The notes under the pieces are model-generated. The model searched no databases, was not told the DNA's origin, and was given only the letters and a program-made list of their open reading frames with translations. DNA of 64,000 nt from Bacteroidota bacterium (lineage in GTDB: Bacteria > Bacteroidota > Bacteroidia > CAIKAF01), in assembly GCA_016866335.1 (NCBI GenBank), contig VGMT01000011.1, forward strand, positions 4,033 to 68,032. Direction: 5' to 3'. The translations under genes were made by a program, and so were the position numbers. Of this stretch, positions 28,619-41,346 are shown piece by piece. Position 1 is the first letter of the stretch, and the number at the start of each line of letters is the position of its first letter.

Positions 28619-31321
28619 TTAGGCCTTTTGAAGTAAATCCCGAAGCACATAGTGAAGAATGCCTCCGTTCTTGTAGTAGGCAATTTCGATTTCAGAATCT
28701 AAGCGCGATAAAGCCTGAAAAGAAACCACACTGCCATCGCTCTTTTTGGCCTCTACCTGCAACAACTGCTGAGGCTGAAGTCCACGGCTAATGCCTGCAA
28801 CGCTGAACGTTTCTAAGCCAGATAGCCCCAAAGACATGGCGTTTTGCCCCTCAAGGAACTGCAGTGGCAATACACCCATGCCCACCAAATTTGACCGGTG
28901 GATGCGTTCGTAGCTTTCGGCAATTACCACCTTTATTCCCAATAAGTTTGGACCTTTTGCCGCCCAGTCGCGGCTGGAACCAGAACCATACTCTTTGCCT
29001 CCTAAAACCACCAAGGGAATTCCTTCTGCTTGATACCGCATTGAGACTTCATATACACTGCTCACTTCGCCACTGGGTTGGTGCAAGGACCAACCGCCCT
29101 CTTTTTCAACAATCTGGTTCTTTATGCGAACATTGGCAAAGGTGCCTCGAACCATAACCTCGTGGTTTCCACGGCGGGCTCCATATGAATTGAAATCGCC
29201 TTTTTCTACCCCATGTTGAATCAGGTAGCTGCCCGCGGGGCTATCGGGTTTGAACGAACCTGCCGGTGAAATATGGTCGGTGGTTACACTATCGCCCAAC
29301 ATCAACAATACCTTTCCGTTTACTATGTCAGAAGGCTCGTTTACCTCTTCAGAAATTCCTTGAAAGAAGGGAGCTTCTTTCACATAGGTTGAAGTAGGAT
29401 TCCATTTAAACAGCTGACCTTCGGGTGCTTTAAGGTTTTGCCAATCGGCATCTCCATCAAAAACAGTCGCGTATGTGGCTCTGTAATCTTCAGGTACAAT
29501 AACCCGATTTCTGATATCGGCTATTTCTTGGTCGCTGGGCCATATATCGCTCATCATTACCGGTTGGCCATTTTTGTCCACTCCTATAGGCTCGGTAGTC
29601 AAATCGATGTCGGTTCTGCCGGCAATGGCATACACCACCACCAACATAGGCGAGGCCAAGAAATTCATTTTAACTTGAGGGTGAACCCTAGCTTCAAAAT
29701 TCCGGTTTCCTGAAAGTACGCTGGAAACTACCAAATCGTTTTCTTCAACGGCTTTAGCAATGTGCAGAGGCAAGGCTCCTGAATTGCCAATACAGGTAGT
29801 ACAGCCATATCCAACTACATGGAATTTCAATTGCTCCAAATAGGGCAGCAAGCCGGCATTGCTTAGGTAGCTTGTAACCACCTTAGAACCGGGAGCCAAG
29901 GAGGTTTTTACCCAAGGTTTAACCTGCAAGCCTTTTTCAATGGCCTTTTTGGCCACCAACCCAGCTCCAAGCATTACACTTGGATTGCTTGTGTTGGTGC
30001 ATGAGGTTATGGCTGCAATCACTACAGAGGCATCGGAAAGTTGAAACGCTTCCTGTTCATCGTGCACAGCAACCGATCTTAATCGACCTTCTTCAATTTC
30101 GGTTTGCCTTGCTCCAGCTGGAACATAGGCACGTTGGAATGTTTCTTGAAGAATCTGTTGGACTTTTGAGTTCAAATCTCGAACCAAAATTCGGTCTTGT
30201 GGTCTCTTAGGACCTGAAACGGCCGGCTCTAAGCTGGATAAATTTAGCTCGACCAAACTGGAATAGGCAATGTTTTCGTTGCCGGTTCTCCATAACAGGT
30301 TTTCTTTGCAATACGATTCCACCAGATCAACTTGCTCATCGCTGCGTGCCGTACGCTTCATGTATTCTAAGGTTTGACCATCTACGGGGAAGTAAGTGAT
30401 GGTGCAACCGAATTCAGGCGACATGTTTGAGATGGTAGCTCTATCGGGAACAGTTAAGGTATCCAATCCTTCTCCGAACACCTCAACAAATTTGCCTACC
30501 ACTCCATGTTTGCGGAGAGCCTCGGTAATGGCCAAAACCATATCGGTGGCTGTAACTCCTGCCGGCATTTTGCCGGTAAGTTTTAAACCAACAACTTCGG
30601 GAAGAATAAAATAGGAAGGTTGGCCCAACATGGCGGCTTCGGCCTCAATACCGCCAACTCCCCAAGCCACAACTCCAATTCCGTTTACCATGGGAGTATG
30701 TGAGTCGGTTCCAAAGCAGGAGTCAGGAAAAGCCACCCCATCGCGAACCAAAACGCCCTTGCTTAAAAATTCTAGGTTAACCTGGTGGCAAATACCCATT
30801 CCAGGAGGAACAGCGGTGAAGTTATCAAAAGCTTTTTGAGCCCATTTAAGCAACTCATAGCGCTCTCCGTTTCGCTCAAATTCCAAATCAACGTTTTTTT
30901 GAAGGGCATCGCTGCTTCCAAAATATTCTACCTGAACGGAGTGGTCAATAACCAAATCTACCGGAATCAATGGATTTATTTTTGAAACATCTTTTCCTTT
31001 TCGACCCGCCTCGGCCCTTAAGGAAGCTAAATCAACCACACAGGGAACCCCAGTGAAGTCTTGAAGCAAAACCCGAGCAGGCATAAAGGGAACATCTTTA
31101 TCTGATTTCTCTGGTTTCCAATTTAAATAGGTTTCAACATTTTCTTTGGTCACACGCAGGCCATCGTAATTGCGTAAGGCGTTTTCAATAAGAACCCGTA
31201 TGGAATAGGGTAAGGATTGAATAGAATAACCTTGTTCCTCAAGGGCTTTAAGGCTGTAAAAGGAAATGGTTCCGACCTTGGTATTTAAATGGCGTTTGGT
31301 GGTAAATAAATCTTGATTCAT
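28619..31321 (-). CDS. acnA: Aconitate hydratase A
   Basis: RVLLQDFTGVP, DHSVQV, TDSHT, AITSCTNTSNP, GYGCTTCIGNSG, TTDHISPAG, YGSGSSRDWAAKG. Confidence 0.96.
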   Translation of the reverse strand: MNQDLFTTKRHLNTKVGTISFYSLKALEEQGYSIQSLPYSIRVLIENALRNYDGLRVTKENVETYLNWKPEKSDKDVPFMPARVLLQDFTGVPCVVDLASLRAEAGRKGKDVSKINPLIPVDLVIDHSVQVEYFGSSDALQKNVDLEFERNGERYELLKWAQKAFDNFTAVPPGMGICHQVNLEFLSKGVLVRDGVAFPDSCFGTDSHTPMVNGIGVVAWGVGGIEAEAAMLGQPSYFILPEVVGLKLTGKMPAGVTATDMVLAITEALRKHGVVGKFVEVFGEGLDTLTVPDRATISNMSPEFGCTITYFPVDGQTLEYMKRTARSDEQVDLVESYCKENLLWRTGNENIAYSSLVELNLSSLEPAVSGPKRPQDRILVRDLNSKVQQILQETFQRAYVPAGARQTEIEEGRLRSVAVHDEQEAFQLSDASVVIAAITSCTNTSNPSVMLGAGLVAKKAIEKGLQVKPWVKTSLAPGSKVVTSYLSNAGLLPYLEQLKFHVVGYGCTTCIGNSGALPLHIAKAVEENDLVVSSVLSGNRNFEARVHPQVKMNFLASPMLVVVYAIAGRTDIDLTTEPIGVDKNGQPVMMSDIWPSDQEIADIRNRVIVPEDYRATYATVFDGDADWQNLKAPEGQLFKWNPTSTYVKEAPFFQGISEEVNEPSDIVNGKVLLMLGDSVTTDHISPAGSFKPDSPAGSYLIQHGVEKGDFNSYGARRGNHEVMVRGTFANVRIKNQIVEKEGGWSLHQPSGEVSSVYEVSMRYQAEGIPLVVLGGKEYGSGSSRDWAAKGPNLLGIKVVIAESYERIHRSNLVGMGVLPLQFLEGQNAMSLGLSGLETFSVAGISRGLQPQQLLQVEAKKSDGSVVSFQALSRLDSEIEIAYYKNGGILHYVLRDLLQKA

Positions 31322-31383
31322 AATACGGTTCCGTGTTTATCGTGCAATCAAAGTTGTGCCGCGAAGGTAGCAAAATCGAAGGC

Positions 31384-31407
31384 AAAAAAAACCGCCTTGC
31401 GGCGGTT
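31384..31407 (-). terminator. Intrinsic terminator after tRNA-Lys
   Basis: Minus strand CCGCC-GCAA-GGCGG followed by T8. Confidence 0.85.
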
Positions 31408-31410
31408 AAG

Positions 31411-31483
31411 TGAATCCTCTGGGGCTCGAACCCAGGACCCCAACATTAAAAGTGTTGTGCTCTGCCAACTGAGCTAAGGATTC
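31411..31483 (-). tRNA. tRNA-Lys(UUU); CCA not encoded
   Basis: GAATCCT acceptor, TAGCTCAGTTGGCAGAGC D arm, CAACA-CTTTTAA-TGTTG anticodon arm, GGTTCGAGCC T arm. Confidence 0.96.
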
Positions 31484-31502
31484 AGGTCTTAAAATCGGAG
31501 TG

Positions 31503-31510
31503 CAAATGTA
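31503..31510 (-). promoter_or_regulatory. -7 promoter element (TACATTTG) for tRNA-Lys
   Basis: Exact TAnnTTTG about 20 nt upstream of the tRNA. Confidence 0.7.
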
Positions 31511-31751
31511 GGGTAATTTAACAATGTGAACAAAAAAATGCCTAAAAAACTGGTAAGTTGCTGAATTTCAATGTCACTCTCAACCGATTGAACCTGCTGC
31601 GTTTCAAATAGAATAAGGTTAAAGGAATCAAGGTTGGCCTATTTTGCCTCTGTTTATTCACATTGCTTTGTTTAAGCAATTTTGTGAGCTGCCCCCCGTT
31701 TCTATGCTGTTTGAATTGTACTTTTGAACACCGAAAAAACCGCTCTTTTTC

Positions 31752-33704
31752 ATGCATAATCTATTTGCTGTTGTTGCTTTTTTTTTCCTAGCCTTTCTAA
31801 TGCATGCCCAAAAGGTGAACACGGAAGGTTGTCCAGATTTAACCAATAAAGAGGCGGAAAAACTCCTTAAAAAGGCACTGAAGGCGGAGGAGGCAGGCGA
31901 GGCTAGAATGCTGCTCCGTAAAGCCTTGGAGTTGGAGCCCAGCCATTATGTCGCCGCTTGGGAATTGGGGCGCCGCACCTGGGTTAACAACATGAAAGCC
32001 GAGGCATTAGAACATTTTAAGGTTCTTACCGAACAATGCCCAGGCTACCATCCAGATGTATTTTATTTTCTAGGAAAAGCGTACGAAGAACAAAGAGACT
32101 ATACCCAAGCCATCAAGGCATGGGAAACTTTTTTGAAACGAGACGATATCTCAGATTCCCACTACGAAGAGGTTAAATCTGCATTGCCAGAGCTAAAGAA
32201 AAAAGAAGGTCTATTTAAAAAGGTGGTCGATTTTAACCCCACGTTTATTTCGGGTGTGTGCACCCCGGGTGATGAATACTCTGCTTCTCTTTCGCCCGAC
32301 AATACTTTTTTGTTTTTTACCCGTAAAGAAAACCGAAGCCCAAGCGAATTTGGTGGTTCGGTGGCCAGAGCGCCGGTAGGGGTAGAGATATTTTACCGGT
32401 CTAAAGCCCTGGGGAACAATACATGGTCAAAGGGCGAAGAAATGGTAAGCCCCTTTAACCAAGGCCACACAAACGGGGCCGCAGCCTTAACAGCCGATAA
32501 CAAAACCATGTATTTTGTGGTATGTCCAAACAATGAGTACCAAGCCTGCGACTTGTGGTTTAGCCGTTGGGAAGGCTTTGCTTGGGCCCCCCTGCAAAGG
32601 GTTAGTCAAAACCTCAATTCTGCTCAGTGGGATTCTCAACCTACCATTTCTTACGACGGGAATACCCTGGTTTTCTCCTCAAACCGTCCGGGCGGGTTGG
32701 GCGGAACCGATTTATATATGTCTGAAAGAAACCCCCAAACCAATCAGTGGGGACCACCCAAAAACCTTGGGGCGGTTTTGAATACAGACAAAAATGAACT
32801 AACTCCCTTCTTGCATTCCGACTCTCAAACCCTTTATTTTTCTTCGAAAGGCCACGATAACATTGGGGGCTATGACGTATTTTATACCCGCCGTAAGCCC
32901 GATGGAACCTGGGAAAAGCCTGTAAATATTGGCAACCCAATCAACACCGAAGCCGATGAGGTTAGCTTTTTCGTTTCATTAGACGGTAAAACAGGCTATT
33001 TCTCTTCCAACAATCTAAAATCCAAAGATGGCAAAAGCATTGGCCCCGGTGGACTTGATGTCTATTCCTTTGATTTGTATGAAGAGGCTAGGCCTGCCGA
33101 GGTTTTTGTGGTTCGGGGTGTTTTGAAAGACAACGATGGCCAGCGTTTGGGCGGCAGCATTGAGGTGTTCAATGAAACGACGCAGCAAAAAACCACCATT
33201 GAAGCCGATCAGCGCGATGGAGAATTCGTTGCCATTTTAAAGGCCAACGAAGAGCATACCATTTCCGTGGAAACCCCTGGTTTGGCCTTTTCGGCTAAAT
33301 CCATTACCAAAGAAAACGCCAAAGACACCGTTGCATTAGCAACAGGTAAAATAAGCGAAGGGGCGGCATTTAACCTTTCAGAATTGTATTTTGAAACCAA
33401 CAGCATTGCCTTGAGCCTAAAGGCAAAAACCTACCTAAAGGCTTTTGCGCGCTGGCTTGACAAGAACAAATCTGCTCAAATCGCCATACACGGACATACC
33501 GATAATGTTGGCGATTCGAATGCCAACCTGGCTCTTTCGTCCGATCGAGCAAATGCCGTGAAACAATGTTTAATTGATTTAGGTGTTCAGGCTCAACGCA
33601 TTGAAGCAAAAGGCTTTGGCTCTACCAAGCCAATAGCCTCCAATACTTCAGCTGAAGGGAAATCCAAAAACCGCCGCACCGAATTTGTTATCCTTAAGCC
33701 TTAA
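31752..33704 (+). CDS. TPR / PD40 / OmpA-C peptidoglycan-binding protein (PorE-like architecture)
   Basis: N-terminal TPR, PD40 repeats (FSSNRPGGLGGTDLY, LYFSSKGH), GHTDNVG, NLALSSDRA, NRRTEF. Confidence 0.88.
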   Translation: MHNLFAVVAFFFLAFLMHAQKVNTEGCPDLTNKEAEKLLKKALKAEEAGEARMLLRKALELEPSHYVAAWELGRRTWVNNMKAEALEHFKVLTEQCPGYHPDVFYFLGKAYEEQRDYTQAIKAWETFLKRDDISDSHYEEVKSALPELKKKEGLFKKVVDFNPTFISGVCTPGDEYSASLSPDNTFLFFTRKENRSPSEFGGSVARAPVGVEIFYRSKALGNNTWSKGEEMVSPFNQGHTNGAAALTADNKTMYFVVCPNNEYQACDLWFSRWEGFAWAPLQRVSQNLNSAQWDSQPTISYDGNTLVFSSNRPGGLGGTDLYMSERNPQTNQWGPPKNLGAVLNTDKNELTPFLHSDSQTLYFSSKGHDNIGGYDVFYTRRKPDGTWEKPVNIGNPINTEADEVSFFVSLDGKTGYFSSNNLKSKDGKSIGPGGLDVYSFDLYEEARPAEVFVVRGVLKDNDGQRLGGSIEVFNETTQQKTTIEADQRDGEFVAILKANEEHTISVETPGLAFSAKSITKENAKDTVALATGKISEGAAFNLSELYFETNSIALSLKAKTYLKAFARWLDKNKSAQIAIHGHTDNVGDSNANLALSSDRANAVKQCLIDLGVQAQRIEAKGFGSTKPIASNTSAEGKSKNRRTEFVILKP

Positions 33705-33731
33705 CCTGAATTCACCTTCTTAAAGCCATTT

Positions 33732-35267
33732 ATGTCGGAAAAAATACTCATCCTTGATTTTGGATCTCAATACACCCAGCTTATTGCAAGAAGATTAAGG
33801 GAGTTGAATGTGTATTGTGAAATTTTGCCTTACCATTCCCCCACGAATTCCATAGACCTCCATGGAGTCAAAGGCCTTATTTTGTCAGGTAGTCCAGCTT
33901 CTGTTCGGCAAGAAAAGCCCTTGATTCCCGATTTGAATTGGTTGAACATGGGTTTGCCCATACTTGGAATTTGCTATGGCGCCCAGTGGTTGGCCCATAC
34001 GCATGGCGGCATCGTAGCCGCTTCGAAACACCGAGAATACGGAAGAGCTAGGGTAGAGGTGCTTGATAATAATGCACTGTTTGCCCAAATACAATCCGGC
34101 TCCACCGTTTGGATGTCGCATGGTGACAGCATTCAGGTTTTACCTTCAGAATTTTTTTTAACGGCAAAAACAACCGATATTCCGGTTGCGGCTTTTCAGC
34201 ATACGTCTAAGCCTTGGTTTGGGCTTCAATTCCATCCTGAAGTGGTGCATAGCCAAGATGGACTTTTGCTGTTGCGAAATTTTGCCTTTCAAATATGTGG
34301 CTGTTCAGGCGACTGGACAGAAGGCCATTTCATTGAAGAGATTACCGAAAAAATTCGTTCACAAGTGGGTGCCGACCATGTTATATTGGCATTGAGTGGG
34401 GGTGTAGATTCAACGGTAGCTGCCATTCTATTGAATAAAGCCATAGGAGACCAACTTCATTGCATTTTTGTTGACAATGGGTTGCTTCGAAAAGGTGAGG
34501 CTGAGCAAGTAATGTCAACCTATTCTGAATTGGGCCTTTCGGTCTCCTGTGCCAAGGCAGGCCCCCTATTTTTTGATGCCCTTTCTGGAAAAACCGAACC
34601 CGAGGCCAAACGAAAAGCCATTGGCGAAATGTTTATTCGTGTTTTTGAATCGGAAGCAAAGGCCATTCCCTATCCCATTCATTGGTTGGCTCAAGGAACC
34701 ATATATCCCGATGTTATTGAGTCGGTTTCGGTAACCGGTCCTTCCGTAACCATAAAAAGCCACCACAATGTTGGTGGATTACCGGCTGCCATGAAAATGG
34801 GATTGGTTGAGCCCCTTCGGTCTTTGTTTAAAGATGAAGTGCGCCGTGTGGGCAAATCGTTGGGAATTCCACATGCTTTCATTAATCGCCACCCATTTCC
34901 AGGACCTGGATTGGCCATTCGGTGCTTGGGTGCAATTAGCCCAGAAAATATAGCCATGCTTCAAGAGGCAGACGCTATTTACATACAAGCACTTCGAGAG
35001 GCCAACCTGTACGATTCCATTTGGCAGGCTGCAGCCATACTTTTGCCCGTTCAATCGGTGGGAGTTATGGGCGACGAGCGAACCTATGAAAAGGTCGTGG
35101 CGCTGCGCGCCGTAACCAGCACTGATGGAATGACAGCCGATGTATTCGAATTTCCAGAAGGGTTTTTAAGGGAGGTGGCCAATAGAATTATCAATCAGGT
35201 ACGGGGTATAAACAGAGTGGTTTACGACGTAAGTTCAAAACCACCTGCCACCATAGAATGGGAATGA
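33732..35267 (+). CDS. guaA: GMP synthase (glutamine-hydrolysing)
   Basis: [40 protein letters not shown]. Confidence 0.97.
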   Translation: MSEKILILDFGSQYTQLIARRLRELNVYCEILPYHSPTNSIDLHGVKGLILSGSPASVRQEKPLIPDLNWLNMGLPILGICYGAQWLAHTHGGIVAASKHREYGRARVEVLDNNALFAQIQSGSTVWMSHGDSIQVLPSEFFLTAKTTDIPVAAFQHTSKPWFGLQFHPEVVHSQDGLLLLRNFAFQICGCSGDWTEGHFIEEITEKIRSQVGADHVILALSGGVDSTVAAILLNKAIGDQLHCIFVDNGLLRKGEAEQVMSTYSELGLSVSCAKAGPLFFDALSGKTEPEAKRKAIGEMFIRVFESEAKAIPYPIHWLAQGTIYPDVIESVSVTGPSVTIKSHHNVGGLPAAMKMGLVEPLRSLFKDEVRRVGKSLGIPHAFINRHPFPGPGLAIRCLGAISPENIAMLQEADAIYIQALREANLYDSIWQAAAILLPVQSVGVMGDERTYEKVVALRAVTSTDGMTADVFEFPEGFLREVANRIINQVRGINRVVYDVSSKPPATIEWE

Positions 35268-35293
35268 TTATTGATAAGTGTATCTTTATGCGC

Positions 35294-36760
35294 ATGCTTC
35301 GTTTTTATACCTCTGTTTTTTTCCTTTTATCAGGGCTTTACCTGAATGCTCAGGATTGCTCAAAATACCACCAGGTTCTAAAGGGCGAAACCTTGTACGG
35401 AATTGCCAGGGTTAATGCGTGTACAGTTGATCAATTGGTGTCGGCAAATCCTAATTTAATCTTGCCTTTGCAAGAAGGGGCCTCTATTTGTATCCCCTCT
35501 AAAAACCAAAATGCTTTAAATGCCCAAGAAAGCTACTCGGTTTCCTACCATACCGTGGCTTTAGGAGAATCCATCTATGGTTTAAGTAAAAAATACAAAT
35601 GCTCGATAGATACCCTGTATAGCCTAAACCCCTCCTTACTAGAAACAGGTTTAAATGAAGGCCAAAAAATTCGAGTACCTACTTTAAAACTGCAGGAAAT
35701 TCAAAATTCAATGCCCAATTCAAACCGAAGAGGCGCACCCACTAAACCTATCCAAATTGCCCTTTTTGGCCCCTTTGATGATTCAAGGCCAGAGTATTTC
35801 GAAGTAGCCTTGTCATTCATGGAAGGTGTTCAATTGGCCATTTCGGATTGGTCAGACAGTTTGCCTTCAGGGGTTTCGTTGACCGTTTATGATGAGTTTG
35901 AGCCTTTTGCTGGATTCAACGCAAATAAACCCTCGGTGGTTTTTGGGCCCTTTTTAAGTCAAAACTACGGTCGGATTAGTCCTAAAATAACCAGCCAAAA
36001 TATTCCGATTTTTTCTCCTTTTTCCAAACAATGGGAACCCAAATCTCAAAGCGAGTTCAAGGTAAATCATTCAGAGGTTGAGGCTTGGGTTACCTACATT
36101 GCCGGATATTATAAGGAGAATCCCAACAGAGCCATTTTCCTGTCGAAGGCTTCAATGGGTAAGGACAGCGTGCTTAGGAGCCAGGTTGCCGCCGAATTAA
36201 AAAAACAAGGTGTAGCCTTTTCTACCTGCGAGGCTACGGGGTCTGGAATAGCCTCCCAGTCTTCGGTTGGCCAAGAATCTTTGGTGGCCTTGTTTGTATC
36301 GAATGAACTAAGGGTACGAAATATCCTTACAGGCTTAACTCGTTCATCGTCCAATCCAAAAAATGTTCAATTGTTGGTACCCGATGATTGGCTTAATTTC
36401 CAAGTAATGGAAGTGGGCTACTATCAGAAGTACAATGTTCATATTTTGGCTTCTTCGCATTTTTTGGAATTTCCCTTAGAGGGTTCAAGTTGGGCAGAGC
36501 GTTTTAAGTTGTATTTTAGAGCTTGGCCCGATTCTTATGCTGAAACAGGCTATTTATTGGCATCGTTTGCACTAAGGAAATCCATGTTTCTAGATGGCAG
36601 GAATTGGGTTGAAACGATAAAAACAACGGAGGTGGATGGGCCGAATCTTCGGTTTGATTTTAGCAAACAAATCAATTCAGGCTCGGTAGGTTTAAATAGG
36701 CGGGTTCGCATTATTGGTTTTGAAAACGGCCAGGCCGCTTATAAAATGGAGACCAATTAG
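35294..36760 (+). CDS. LysM-repeat protein with periplasmic-binding-protein-like domain
   Basis: Two LysM repeats (HQVLKGETLYGIA, HTVALGESIYGLS), signal peptide; start could be 35264 or 35288. Confidence 0.8.
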   Translation: MLRFYTSVFFLLSGLYLNAQDCSKYHQVLKGETLYGIARVNACTVDQLVSANPNLILPLQEGASICIPSKNQNALNAQESYSVSYHTVALGESIYGLSKKYKCSIDTLYSLNPSLLETGLNEGQKIRVPTLKLQEIQNSMPNSNRRGAPTKPIQIALFGPFDDSRPEYFEVALSFMEGVQLAISDWSDSLPSGVSLTVYDEFEPFAGFNANKPSVVFGPFLSQNYGRISPKITSQNIPIFSPFSKQWEPKSQSEFKVNHSEVEAWVTYIAGYYKENPNRAIFLSKASMGKDSVLRSQVAAELKKQGVAFSTCEATGSGIASQSSVGQESLVALFVSNELRVRNILTGLTRSSSNPKNVQLLVPDDWLNFQVMEVGYYQKYNVHILASSHFLEFPLEGSSWAERFKLYFRAWPDSYAETGYLLASFALRKSMFLDGRNWVETIKTTEVDGPNLRFDFSKQINSGSVGLNRRVRIIGFENGQAAYKMETN

Positions 36761-36814
36761 AAGCCATTAGCTCTAAATTTAATTTTAAATTAAAGCTTGT
36801 AACAAATTAGGTTG

Positions 36815-36822
36815 TACATTTG
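36815..36822 (+). promoter_or_regulatory. -7 promoter element (TACATTTG) upstream of guaB
   Basis: Exact TAnnTTTG about 100 nt before the ATG. Confidence 0.65.
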
Positions 36823-36913
36823 CAGGCAACTTTACCCGTTCCAACCATTTTGAAATTTCGATTTCAAAATCTATCCTTCAGATTGATTTTTAAACGAGAT
36901 TTTAAAAATTTGA

Positions 36914-38401
<1,488 letters not shown>

Positions 38402-38536
38402 GCCACATTGGCCAGGGATTTAGGTTCCAAATTTCGGCCCTTTTGTCCTGATTTTTTGACCTTCTTAGCCTTGTTTTTTATTGATTCCCTTTTTCCACCG
38501 ATTTTGTACCTTCGTAGGCTTTAAACTATACAAACA

Positions 38537-40477
38537 ATGAAAACTTCATGGTTGATTTTATCAGGTCTTTTGGCTTGTGCTCATTTATCTGCTCAAAATC
38601 AGAACGCTGTTGTTATGACAGTTGGCTCAGTAAGCGTTACTCTTGAAGAGTTTAATGCCATTTTCAGAAAAAACAATCAGGACAAAAAGGTTACCAAAGC
38701 AGAATTAGACGAATACGTAGAATTGTTTCGGATATTCAAATTGAAGGTTTACGAAGCGAAGCAATTGGGAATGGACACATCGGCAGCCTTTAATAGAGAA
38801 TTAAACGCCTATGTTAAGCAGTTGGCTCAGCCATTTTTAAGGGACACTTCGGTTGAAAACAACATGGTGAGGTCAACATACCAGCGTATGCTCAGGGATA
38901 GAAAGGTGAGGCAAATTGTAATTCGATTGCCCAAATGTGCTTCCGAAAAAGACACCTTGACGGCCTACAATCAACTTTTAAAAGTGGCCGATCGAATCAA
39001 TAAAGGAAGTTTGTTGTTTTCGGATGCGGTGAAGCAGTTTAGTCAAGATAGTTTGGGTAAATTGAATGGAGGAGATTTAGGTTGGATTACGGGGTCCCCA
39101 TCGGTTTCGTGGTCTTTTGAGTCTGCTGTATTTTCAACTCCCATCGGTAAAGTGTCGCAACCCGTGCGTTCATCTTTGGGTTATCACCTTGTTTTTGTAG
39201 AACAGGAACGCCCTGCAAGAGGTCGGGTTCAGGTTTCACATATTTTTATTTCAGGTAGCGAAGATGCAGAAATGAAGACCAATGCCAAGGCCAAAGCCGA
39301 AGAAGCACAGCGAAAAGCCAAGAGTGGAGAGGCGTGGGAAGCGTTGGTTCGTAACTACTCGGAAAATTACCAAAATTCTAGTCGAGGAGGCATTTTAGAG
39401 CCGTTCGGAATCAACGAATACATTCCATCTTTTGAGGATGCAGCCTTTTCTTTGAAATCCATTGGAGATATTTCGGAGGTTATAGAAACCCCGCAGGGCT
39501 TTCATGTGCTTAGATTGGAAAAACAAGCCAACATTCCTGACTTTAAGGACTTTGAGTCCGACCTTAAAAAATTGCTATCCAAGTCAACGCGGTGGAAGCA
39601 ACCTGCCGACGCTTTCGTTGAAAAACTTAAAAAGGAATACTCTTTTACCTGGCTAAAAAAAGACTTTAAATTTTTAGCAACCCCGACGGGAGACTTCACC
39701 AACGAATCGTTGGCCCCGCATTCAAATGTGGTTTTGGCTCAATTTGGAGAAACCCAAATTAAAGTGCAAACCCTGATGGACTACCTTCAAGCCGAGAAAA
39801 AAACCGTGCAACAAACAGATGCGTGTTCATTTGAAAACCAAGTTCTAAAGCCCTTTGTTGAATCTTTACTGCTTTCTTATAAGGAAGAGCGGCTGCCCAG
39901 GGAAAATGTTAAGTTTCGGTATTTGATGAATGAATACAGGGAAGGAATTCTATTATTCAGTTTAATGGATGAAAAGGTTTGGAAACGCTCTGTACGCGAT
40001 ACGGCCGGATTGATAGCATTTCATGAAAAAAACAAAGAAAAATACATGTGGGATGTTCGGTCTGAAGCCATCGTTGTAGATTGCAAGAACGAATCCATAG
40101 AAATGGAAGCCCGACAATTGGCTGAAAAACTGGTGGCAGGGAAACTAAGCCTTCAAAAGTTCAGCCAAAAACTCAATAAAAAATCCGCCGACAACGTACT
40201 GGTGCAGCAGGGGCTTTTTGCAAAAGGTATGCATTCTGTGGTAGATTTAGCAAATCAAAAAGTGGGAGTAGGCCCCACCGACCTTGGACAACAAAAAATC
40301 AGGTTTGCCGTTGTTACTCAGGTGCTTCCCCCAGCCCCCAAAAAATTAGAAGAAGCGAGGGGGCAAATTATCTCCGATTATTCTGGCTTTTTAGAAACAA
40401 AATGGGTTGATGATTTAACAGCCAAATACCCTGTGAAAGTAGATTTAAAGGTGTTATACCAATTAATTGACCCATGA
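38537..40477 (+). CDS. Periplasmic parvulin-type peptidylprolyl isomerase
   Basis: Signal peptide; two PpiC domains (GGDLGW...GYH; VSHIF...GFH). Confidence 0.85.
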   Translation: MKTSWLILSGLLACAHLSAQNQNAVVMTVGSVSVTLEEFNAIFRKNNQDKKVTKAELDEYVELFRIFKLKVYEAKQLGMDTSAAFNRELNAYVKQLAQPFLRDTSVENNMVRSTYQRMLRDRKVRQIVIRLPKCASEKDTLTAYNQLLKVADRINKGSLLFSDAVKQFSQDSLGKLNGGDLGWITGSPSVSWSFESAVFSTPIGKVSQPVRSSLGYHLVFVEQERPARGRVQVSHIFISGSEDAEMKTNAKAKAEEAQRKAKSGEAWEALVRNYSENYQNSSRGGILEPFGINEYIPSFEDAAFSLKSIGDISEVIETPQGFHVLRLEKQANIPDFKDFESDLKKLLSKSTRWKQPADAFVEKLKKEYSFTWLKKDFKFLATPTGDFTNESLAPHSNVVLAQFGETQIKVQTLMDYLQAEKKTVQQTDACSFENQVLKPFVESLLLSYKEERLPRENVKFRYLMNEYREGILLFSLMDEKVWKRSVRDTAGLIAFHEKNKEKYMWDVRSEAIVVDCKNESIEMEARQLAEKLVAGKLSLQKFSQKLNKKSADNVLVQQGLFAKGMHSVVDLANQKVGVGPTDLGQQKIRFAVVTQVLPPAPKKLEEARGQIISDYSGFLETKWVDDLTAKYPVKVDLKVLYQLIDP

Positions 40478-41346
40478 TAAAGACCCTTAGGGTAGGAGTT
40501 CTTTTGGTTGGCTTTGCTATTTTATTGAGCTGTTCAAGCGGAAATAAACCGGTAGAAAACGGCGCTGTTATTGCAAAGGTCGGGAGTGCAACACTAAATC
40601 CGGAGGATATAAGTGGACTTAATTTTGGCGATAACGCCGAAGACAGTTTAATGCTGCTTTCTGCCTTTGCCCATAAATGGGTAGAGGAGCAGGTTTTATA
40701 TCAGCGGGCGCAAAAAGAACTGGCAAGCAGTTCATCTATTTTTGAACGGCAACTGGAAGCGTATAAAAAGTCATTGTTTATTTATTCATTCCAACAGCAA
40801 TTGGTAGGCGAAAGCATGGATACAGCGATTTCAGACCAGGCCGTTGAGGCCTATTACCTGCAAAATGAAAAGCACTTTTTACTCAAAACCGATATTGTTA
40901 AGTTTCGCTTGGCCATTTTTCCATCTAAGGCAAAACCACCGGCAAAAATCAGGGCAATGTTTTCTGATTTGAATTCCAAAAAAATTCCAGCTCTTGAGTC
41001 TTTTCTAAGGGTGAATTCAAAGTCTTTTTTTTTAAACGACACGGCTTGGATTTCTGTTTCTGACGTTTCTAAACTGCTTCCATCGAGTCTTGAATTGAGC
41101 CACGAGAAGCTTTCGAAAAAATCTTTCATTGAACTGAATGACTCAACTGGATTGCATTGGCTTTGGATTCAAGATGTAAAAATGAAAAAAACGGTTTCGC
41201 CATTGGAGTTTGAAATTCCGCGCATCCGGGCTATCCTTTTGCACCAAAAGAAACAAATTTTTTTAAAAGACCTTGAACGAAAATGGGTACAACAGGCCCT
41301 AACAGAAAAAACCGCGGAAATTTATGTGGGAAAATCCAACCCTTAA
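40474..41346 (+). CDS. PPIase-associated lipoprotein
   Basis: Lipobox LLSC; IAKVG, YYxxNxxxF; lies between two PPIase genes. Confidence 0.7.
   Translation: MIKTLRVGVLLVGFAILLSCSSGNKPVENGAVIAKVGSATLNPEDISGLNFGDNAEDSLMLLSAFAHKWVEEQVLYQRAQKELASSSSIFERQLEAYKKSLFIYSFQQQLVGESMDTAISDQAVEAYYLQNEKHFLLKTDIVKFRLAIFPSKAKPPAKIRAMFSDLNSKKIPALESFLRVNSKSFFLNDTAWISVSDVSKLLPSSLELSHEKLSKKSFIELNDSTGLHWLWIQDVKMKKTVSPLEFEIPRIRAILLHQKKQIFLKDLERKWVQQALTEKTAEIYVGKSNP

Noticed and set aside
27130-31483. Tyrosine recombinase plus nearby tRNA as an integrative element
   Set aside because: The protein looks like housekeeping XerD, acnA lies between the two, and I found no duplicated tRNA 3' end.
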